Of a stretch of 32,000 nucleotides of DNA, positions 26,795 through 32,000 are shown one piece after another. Position 1 is the stretch's first letter. Each line of letters starts with the position of its first letter. The notes under the pieces were generated by a model. That model ran no database searches and was not told the DNA's origin. It worked only from the letters and a program-made list of their open reading frames with translations. Both the position numbers and the translations under genes were made by a program. This stretch comes from Cuniculiplasma divulgatum (GTDB lineage: Archaea > Thermoplasmatota > Thermoplasmata > Thermoplasmatales > Thermoplasmataceae): NCBI RefSeq assembly GCF_900083515.1, contig NZ_LT671858.1, forward strand, positions 1,680,001 through 1,712,000. The letters are read 5' to 3'.

Positions 26795-27086
26795 GAACCC
26801 TAAAGGATTATGACGTTTTGAATAGAACTTACAATTTAGAAGAACAACAAAAAGATGATCAATGATTTTAGAATTGTTTAATGTTTTCAGAGATTTATAG
26901 GTATCCGCTGATCATGGAGATAGATTTATTATTTAGGATAACAGGCTACGGAATATGGTGTTATAAGTTGAAGGAAACCTTAAATTCTACTAATTTTTTC
27001 CATATAAATTTAAAATTAGAAACCGGGAGCAATTCATTTTAGACTGTGGAAAGTGATTTAAACCCTTAAAGCGATCAGTACTAATA

Positions 27087-28046
27087 ATGAGGTCGTTCGG
27101 AAAGTCAGATATATTATTTCTGATATTTTTTGCAGACATGACCGTGCTTATGTTATATGGAATGAGTGAACTTCTCAGTTACACATATATACACGGTGGG
27201 ATGGTAGCATCATCCATAACCTTGAAGAATATGTTTGTCTACTTTTACTATCCACCGAAGAATATTCTCTCCCTGTATCTCCCTATTCCATTCTTTGCTG
27301 GTATTGGTGTCCTTTTTGCACTATACCTGTATATTTTCTACTATAATTACAGGACTACCGCAAATCATAGAGGTAAAAATCCCCTTGATTCTCCAATTGG
27401 TTATATAGCTGGCATTGGCTCACTCATATACTTTTTATCTATAGTTCTGGTTCTGTTTCAGGATGCTTTGGGAGCCCCAATCAGTGCAAAGGGGATCACT
27501 GAAATTGAGAATACAGAACCCGTCTTCTTTTATTTTCAACTAATTTATGCTCCTTTTGTGGAAGAACTTGAATTCAGGATTCTTCCTATTGGTATCTATC
27601 TGGCAATAAGATATTATCTGCAGAAAAGAGATTACAAAATCTGGGAGGTATTTCTTGTTCCGGGGAAACTGATGAAGAAATTCCATAGAAAACTTGACCT
27701 GTACGACTGGATAATGATTTTTGGAACCAGCATTCTATTCGGATATGCCCATTATGCATATGGAGACTGGAGTCTTTCTAAAATACCTCAGGCTGCTCTT
27801 GGTGGATTTGCCTTTGCTATTGGATTCATGATCTTTGGTCCATTTGTGGACATTCCAATGCATTTCTTATTCGACGGTACATTTACAGTTGATATACTGC
27901 CATATGGAAGTGCAGCCCTGTCTCCAATAATAATCGGGATAGTACTGGTTTTCATATGTGCAATCATCACCATAATTCTCATAATTATCAGGTATACAAA
28001 GAATAAAATGGAAGGAAATGAGGAACCTTCAATACAGGTTCAGTAA
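27087..28046 (+). CDS. CPBP family intramembrane glutamic endopeptidase (CAAX protease/Abi-like)
   Basis: Polytopic membrane protein with the CPBP motifs FVEELEFRILP (EExxxR) and FGYAHY (FxxxH). Confidence 0.8.
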   Translation: MRSFGKSDILFLIFFADMTVLMLYGMSELLSYTYIHGGMVASSITLKNMFVYFYYPPKNILSLYLPIPFFAGIGVLFALYLYIFYYNYRTTANHRGKNPLDSPIGYIAGIGSLIYFLSIVLVLFQDALGAPISAKGITEIENTEPVFFYFQLIYAPFVEELEFRILPIGIYLAIRYYLQKRDYKIWEVFLVPGKLMKKFHRKLDLYDWIMIFGTSILFGYAHYAYGDWSLSKIPQAALGGFAFAIGFMIFGPFVDIPMHFLFDGTFTVDILPYGSAALSPIIIGIVLVFICAIITIILIIIRYTKNKMEGNEEPSIQVQ

Positions 28047-28625
28047 AAATCTATTTTTCTCTATTTTGAAGTTATTTTTGAGCATACTTTGGATTACTGC
28101 TGGATAGTATTGTAGTTCGTATTTATGAATTCTTTCCTGTAAAGATTCAGGGGAATCTTCTGCAAGAACAGGAACAGCATACTGAAAAATTACTGGTCCA
28201 CGATCAACTTCGCTGTTCACAATGTGGATTGTGAAGCCGCTGTACTGTACCCCATAATCAATGGCTGCTCTATGCACTTTGATTCCATAGAAACCCTTTC
28301 CTCCAAATGATGGAAGAAGAGAAGGATGGATGTTTACAATTCGATCTGGAAATGCCGCCAGAAGAGATGGTTCTATTATCCTAAGGAATCCTGCAAGGAC
28401 TATCATGTCTGGTTTCTTCTTTTTAAGAATCCTTGGAGTTTCTGAGTTATATTCTATGATTTCCACACCATTGTTTTTGGCTATACTTACAGCCCCTGAT
28501 TTCATTCTGTCAGAAACAAGGCTTGCCACATTGAAAGATGAATCCTTTCTGTGTGAATATTCTAGTATTGCACTGAATGTTGTACCGGAGCCAGAGGCAA
28601 AAACTATTATGGATTTTCCTTTCAT
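28029..28625 (-). CDS. purN: phosphoribosylglycinamide formyltransferase
   Basis: IVFASGSGTTFSAI, NIHPSLLPSFGG and HIVNSEVDRGPVI contain the Asn/His/Asp formyltransferase catalytic triad. The 3' end overlaps the convergent CPBP gene by 18 nt. Confidence 0.9.
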   Translation of the reverse strand: MKGKSIIVFASGSGTTFSAILEYSHRKDSSFNVASLVSDRMKSGAVSIAKNNGVEIIEYNSETPRILKKKKPDMIVLAGFLRIIEPSLLAAFPDRIVNIHPSLLPSFGGKGFYGIKVHRAAIDYGVQYSGFTIHIVNSEVDRGPVIFQYAVPVLAEDSPESLQERIHKYELQYYPAVIQSMLKNNFKIEKNRFLLNLY

Positions 28626-28718
28626 ATTGTGGTAATTATCCCTTAAATAAAAGAATGACCATTATTTGAATGGAAATCATTCGTTCAGTTTATATGTGTG
28701 ATATGTGATAAGGAATGG

Positions 28719-29672
28719 ATGGAAATCTGGATTGAGAAATACAGACCAGAAAAGGTAAGCGATGTTGCTGGTCAGAAAGAAACAGTAAAGATGCTGGAAG
28801 GTTTCATCAAGTCGGGAGAGATGCCCCATCTTATTTTTGCAGGTCCACCAGGTGTGGGAAAAACAACAATGGCTCTCTGTCTTGCAAGGGAGATGCTGGG
28901 AGAAAACTGGAGAGATCACCTGCTTGAGCTTAACGCATCTAATGATAGAGGCATTGACGTTATAAAGAATGATGTTAAGGAATTTGCAAGAAATGGATCA
29001 ATAACTGATGGGAAATTCAAGATTGTTTTCTTTGACGAGTCAGATCAGTTAACGCCAGAGGCTCAGGCAGCCCTGAGAAGAACGATGGAGATATATTACA
29101 AAAATGTGAGGTTTATATTTTCATGCAATTACAGTTCTGGTATAATTCCACCCATACAATCGAGATGCGTTATTGTAAGATTTAGAAAGATATCATTAGA
29201 AGATATGGTAGAAGCCCTTAAGAAAATTGCCGACACAGAGAAACTTCCAGTAGATGGAGAGATACTTGAGGCAATTTTTGAAAATTCTGATGGCGATATG
29301 AGAAAGGCAGTAAATATTTTACAGTCCATAAGCTTTATAGAGAAACCCACAGTAAAAGATGTTTTCGATGTGGCAGGGTCAATAGATGAAAAGGAGGTTG
29401 TGCCACTTTTAAGCAACATGAGGCATGGGAATTTTGTTGAGGCTTCAAGGATTTCTACAGGTCTCATAGTGGATAAGGGATTTTCCGCCATAGATATTAT
29501 AAAGGCGCTTCATAAATTAATATCAAGAGAACAAACATCACCAATAATAAAGAGAGAAAGTTTCATGGCTCTTGCAGAAGTTGAACTGAGGCTGGCTCAG
29601 GGTGGTTCTGATAATATACAGTTAGACTATCTTGTAGCAAGGATGTGCAAGCTGTCAACTGAAAATCTATGA
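28719..29672 (+). CDS. rfcS: replication factor C small subunit
   Basis: [18 protein letters not shown] (Walker A), VFFDESD (Walker B) and QSRCVIVRF (SRC motif). I prefer the ATG at 28719 ([10 protein letters not shown]) over the track's GTG at 28698. 317-324 aa, so no intein. Confidence 0.9.
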   Translation: MEIWIEKYRPEKVSDVAGQKETVKMLEGFIKSGEMPHLIFAGPPGVGKTTMALCLAREMLGENWRDHLLELNASNDRGIDVIKNDVKEFARNGSITDGKFKIVFFDESDQLTPEAQAALRRTMEIYYKNVRFIFSCNYSSGIIPPIQSRCVIVRFRKISLEDMVEALKKIADTEKLPVDGEILEAIFENSDGDMRKAVNILQSISFIEKPTVKDVFDVAGSIDEKEVVPLLSNMRHGNFVEASRISTGLIVDKGFSAIDIIKALHKLISREQTSPIIKRESFMALAEVELRLAQGGSDNIQLDYLVARMCKLSTENL

Positions 29673-29690
29673 GGATTTATACTAAGGATG

Positions 29691-29715
29691 TCCATGTAGA
29701 TTATATCTAGATGGA
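29691..29715. terminator. hairpin between convergent rfcS and hef (possible bidirectional terminator or RNA-stability element)
   Basis: tccatgtagat-tat-atctagatgga forms an 11-bp stem with one mismatch and a 3-nt loop. It lies in the 71-bp spacer between two convergent stops. Archaeal termination usually relies on T-tracts, so a terminator function is uncertain. Confidence 0.3.
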
Positions 29716-29743
29716 TTGCCCGGCTTGATAATTTTCCAAATTC

Positions 29744-31279
29744 CTAATATTCGTCAATTTTTCTATTTCTCTTTGAATCCATGTCCTTCTTCATTCTTGT
29801 TACCATTACCTTTTCTTTTCTTTGACTGGAATAATAGTATGCCTGATCCCTGGTTCCACTGAATATCAGTATGTATACCTTTCCAGCCTTGAACCTACCT
29901 GTTCTTCCTCTCCTCTGGATTGTTCTTATTTCTGACGCAACTGGTTCGTAAAATATTACAAGATCTGTTGACGGTATATCCAGACCTTCTTCTGCCACAC
30001 TGGTCGCAAGCATTACATTATAGGTACCATTTTTGAATTTATCTATACCTTCCCTCTGAGAACTCTGAGACATTCCCTTATCTCCTTCCCTGTTTCCCTG
30101 GCCAACAAACCTGATTGCCCTAATGGTTGCTGAATTTTCTTCCAGATACTTCAAAAGAATTTCTGATGTTTTCCTGTAATGTGTGAATACCAGACACCTT
30201 GACTCTGGATGTTCCTTTATTAGAAGTTCTGCCATTTCCTTAACTTTTTTGAATTTAGGGTTTTCATAATTTTCTGAGGCTGTTTTAATAAGTGTTTCCA
30301 CCTGCTGAAATGTCGAATTTCTCTTCCACAGGTTCAGGGTCCTGATCAGAGACTTATCTTCTGAACTTTCCATTTCCTGCAAATAATTATTTCCTATTTC
30401 TATCCCCTGTGTTTCTATGTATTCCATCAACACATCAAGTCTGATTACTGCGGTAAAATATGGAATGGATGTAAATAATGACTTGTCTCCAGAAGTTGCC
30501 CTTTTTGATAGATCACGAATGTATTCACTCATCTCTGATCTTGATGCACCTTTCTTAACATAACTGAATTTCTTCTGGATCTGGTCCATAAAATCCTTCT
30601 TGGTTTCCCTGAGAAGTGAAATACACTTTTCCTGTTCTGGGCTGATCCTTATGAAAACGGGTTCTGTGTCCGAACCCTTAACATAAGGAGCAATATCAGG
30701 ATCTTCATCGGTTCTGATCATTACACTATTAATTTTCAGATTCTCCTTGATCTCGTCAACTTTCTCATTTTTAGAGCCTGGACTTGCGGTCATTGCAAGG
30801 ATTCTCCTGTCGGGTAGATTGTGAAATTCCTTAGCCACGTTAACGTAGGCATAGTTACCAGTTGCCCTATGTGCCTCATCCACAATGAGAAGGTAAAAAT
30901 TGTTCATAAAAACTATTTCACGCTTAATGTCCTTTTCCACCGTCTGAGGAGTTGATATTATGAACTGTCCTTCTGCCCATTCACTCATTCTCTTATCCAC
31001 AGGGTCATGCCCCGTAAGGCTTCTTATTTTGATATTCTGTCCTTCAAATAGCTTCGTCATAGTCTGAAAATGCTGGTCAACAAGTGGCCTTGTGGGTGAA
31101 ATCATAATGACTTTTTTGTTTTGCTTAATGTATGTATATGCCAGCATGGCAGAAACTAAAGTTTTTCCAAGTCCGGTTGGGAGTATCAGTAAAAGATTTG
31201 ATCTCAGTGCTTTCCTATATGCTTCTACCTGATATGGTCTTGGCCTGAGATCGTTAAATTCTGGTATGTCTTCGTCCAT
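29744..31279 (-). CDS. hef: Hef/FANCM-type SF2 helicase (helicase domains only, no ERCC4 nuclease domain)
   Basis: RPYQVEAY, LPTGLGKT (motif I), IVDEAHRATGNYAY (DEAH), MTASPGS (motif III) and QRRGRTGR (motif VI), with an inserted helical domain between the RecA lobes. The ORF ends at 511 aa with a basic tail. Confidence 0.8.
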   Translation of the reverse strand: MDEDIPEFNDLRPRPYQVEAYRKALRSNLLLILPTGLGKTLVSAMLAYTYIKQNKKVIMISPTRPLVDQHFQTMTKLFEGQNIKIRSLTGHDPVDKRMSEWAEGQFIISTPQTVEKDIKREIVFMNNFYLLIVDEAHRATGNYAYVNVAKEFHNLPDRRILAMTASPGSKNEKVDEIKENLKINSVMIRTDEDPDIAPYVKGSDTEPVFIRISPEQEKCISLLRETKKDFMDQIQKKFSYVKKGASRSEMSEYIRDLSKRATSGDKSLFTSIPYFTAVIRLDVLMEYIETQGIEIGNNYLQEMESSEDKSLIRTLNLWKRNSTFQQVETLIKTASENYENPKFKKVKEMAELLIKEHPESRCLVFTHYRKTSEILLKYLEENSATIRAIRFVGQGNREGDKGMSQSSQREGIDKFKNGTYNVMLATSVAEEGLDIPSTDLVIFYEPVASEIRTIQRRGRTGRFKAGKVYILIFSGTRDQAYYYSSQRKEKVMVTRMKKDMDSKRNRKIDEY

Positions 31280-31400
31280 TCCTCAGGTACATCCTGAGAG
31301 ATTTAAATATTCTTTCCTTCCTTTGTGCCAAGTATGTGGCAGTTTTTAATTGGTATAGAACCACTTTGATATGCTATATTTTATGATAAAAACTGACTAC

Positions 31401-31412
31401 AAATTATAATAA
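31401..31412 (+). promoter_or_regulatory. candidate TATA box for tRNA-Ala
   Basis: aaattataataa lies 23-34 nt upstream of the tRNA 5' end at 31435. Confidence 0.35.
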
Positions 31413-31434
31413 CTTTGATTAAATGCTGAATGAA

Positions 31435-31506
31435 GGGCCGGTAGATCAGGGGTAGATCGCTTGCTTCGCAAGCAAGAGGCCTCGGGTTCAAATCCCGACC
31501 GGTCCA
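31435..31506 (+). tRNA. tRNA-Ala: tRNA-Ala (anticodon CGC)
   Basis: Manual fold: GGGCCGG-TA-GATC-AGGGGTA-GATC-G-CTTGC-TTCGCAA-GCAAG-AGGCC-TCGGG-TTCAAAT-CCCGA-CCGGTCC-A. All stems pair. The G3:U70 wobble (alanine identity element) is present, and the anticodon loop reads TT-CGC-AA. 72 nt, no intron, CCA not encoded. It is the only G+C-rich island in an AT-rich spacer. Confidence 0.93.
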
Positions 31507-32000
31507 TTTAATCTATTAATCGAATACTTTTTATCCCGGCACCCGTTATGTTCTCATGACCATGCAGCCGAAGTACCAGGAACTGCTTCTTGATGATGAT
31601 GTGAGAAGGTGGTACGAGAACCTCAGGGCAAAGTCGGTTCTTACTGCGACAGTTGCATTGAGGAATCTGGGCCACTATTGTGAGCTTACCCACACAAATC
31701 CAAAGGGCATATTGAATAAAGCAAGCGCCAGCGAGAAGGATTTCAGGTACGAATTCACGGATTTTGTCAGGAGGATGGAAAAGGAAGGCAAGGCAGGATC
31801 ATACATAGCGAGATTCAAGAAGGTCATTATCTCTTGGCTGAAGTTTAACGGTATTGGTTTGCAGTTAACCGTTAACATATCCGGGGAAAACGAAACACCG
31901 ACAATCGTTAACGAGAGAGTTCCAAGCAAGGAAGAACTGGGTAGAATACTCAGGAAAGCCACATCAAGAGGGAGAGTTGCCATAGCCATTATAGCGTTTT
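31507..32000 (+). mobile_element. proximal edge of a probable tRNA-Ala-integrated element (provirus, plasmid or island), extending beyond the window
   Basis: The integrase gene starts 50 nt after the tRNA 3' end. G+C rises to about 45-48% (29/60 in the first 60 nt counted) against about 36-38% elsewhere. Codon choice shifts towards AAG/GAG/AGG. Confidence 0.55.
31556..32000 (+). CDS. int: tyrosine recombinase / phage-type integrase, N-terminal part (continues past window end)
   Basis: Absent from the ORF track because no stop occurs before the edge. My translation from the ATG at 31556 is MTMQPKYQELLLDDDVRRWYENLRAKSVLTATVALRNLGHYCELTHTNPKGILNKASASEKDFRYEFTDFVRRMEKEGKAGSYIARFKKVIISWLKFNGIGLQLTVNISGENETPTIVNERVPSKEELGRILRKATSRGRVAIAIIAF. 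This shows an N-terminal SAM-like/core-binding domain. The stretch P-S-KEEL-x-ILRKA...R-x-AIAIIAF is the usual lead-in to the first catalytic Arg box. It lies immediately 3' of a tRNA. Confidence 0.75.
   Translation, partial: MTMQPKYQELLLDDDVRRWYENLRAKSVLTATVALRNLGHYCELTHTNPKGILNKASASEKDFRYEFTDFVRRMEKEGKAGSYIARFKKVIISWLKFNGIGLQLTVNISGENETPTIVNERVPSKEELGRILRKATSRGRVAIAIIAF

Noticed and set aside
26855-26911. Possible C/D box sRNA, with a C-like box ATGATCA and a D box CTGA 57 nt apart.
   Set aside because: The C box has a mismatch at the conserved G. No D' or C' boxes occur at the required 12-nt guide spacing. The ends form a Watson-Crick stem rather than a k-turn arrangement.
29129-29491. 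120-aa minus-strand ORF inside rfcS. Similar small track ORFs occur inside polB (12001-12339, 12586-12804, 13158-13370), rtcB (24285-24528, 25253-25528) and aroE (15244-15733).
   Set aside because: All overlap motif-verified genes on the opposite strand and are shadow ORFs.
31508-31989. Two minus-strand track ORFs (31508-31693, 61 aa; 31675-31989, 104 aa).
   Set aside because: They lie antisense to a much more convincing plus-strand integrase reading frame that is open to the window edge. Their products are low-complexity (Leu/Ser/Pro-rich) with no motifs. I treat them as shadow ORFs.
1-32000. Scan for CRISPR arrays, rRNA genes, IS elements with terminal inverted repeats, and inteins in PolB, RFC or RtcB.
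   Set aside because: I saw no regularly spaced direct repeats and no transposase-like ORF. The only G+C-rich structured island is the tRNA. PolB, RFC and RtcB have intein-free lengths with contiguous motifs.

Overview
AT-rich archaeal chromosomal segment: about 36-38% G+C in genes and about 12-25% in spacers, by eye. Gene content (Orc1/Cdc6, RFC small subunit, Hef-type helicase, RtcB, GHMP-type shikimate kinase), GGTGA-type Shine-Dalgarno motifs, frequent 4-11 nt gene overlaps and TTG/GTG starts suggest a compact Thermoplasmatales-like euryarchaeon. That assignment is inference; no search was possible. I support about 31 CDS and one tRNA. Most are housekeeping: purine phosphoribosyltransferase, carbamate kinase, an MqnA/MqnD-family protein, an MFS transporter, the aroB-aroE-aroK-aroA cluster, argS, rtcB, purN, rfcS and a Hef helicase. 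There are also several N-terminally anchored secreted proteins and one 983-aa heavily sequon-rich surface protein. Two real genes sit at the window edges and are absent from the ORF track: an ABC ATPase fragment (1-271, minus strand) and a tyrosine-recombinase N-terminus (31556-32000, plus strand). The most unusual part is the 8.5-14.0 kb block. A B12-type radical SAM gene abuts an origin-less Orc1/Cdc6 paralog (TAA directly followed by TTG). That paralog lies tail-to-tail (4-nt gap) with a three-cistron overlapped operon of two unknown small ORFs plus a catalytically degenerate family-B polymerase (PolB2/Dpo2-like). This is my best candidate for an undescribed system, possibly a non-canonical polymerase complex with an Orc1-type regulator. 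The second notable item is tRNA-Ala(CGC) followed 50 nt later by a more G+C-rich integrase gene, probably the edge of an integrated element extending past the window. Smaller oddities include a G9 coding homopolymer, a 389-bp extremely AT-rich non-coding region with (TA)9, a helicase-only Hef, and a wHTH-GNAT pair. No CRISPR array, rRNA, IS element or intein was seen.
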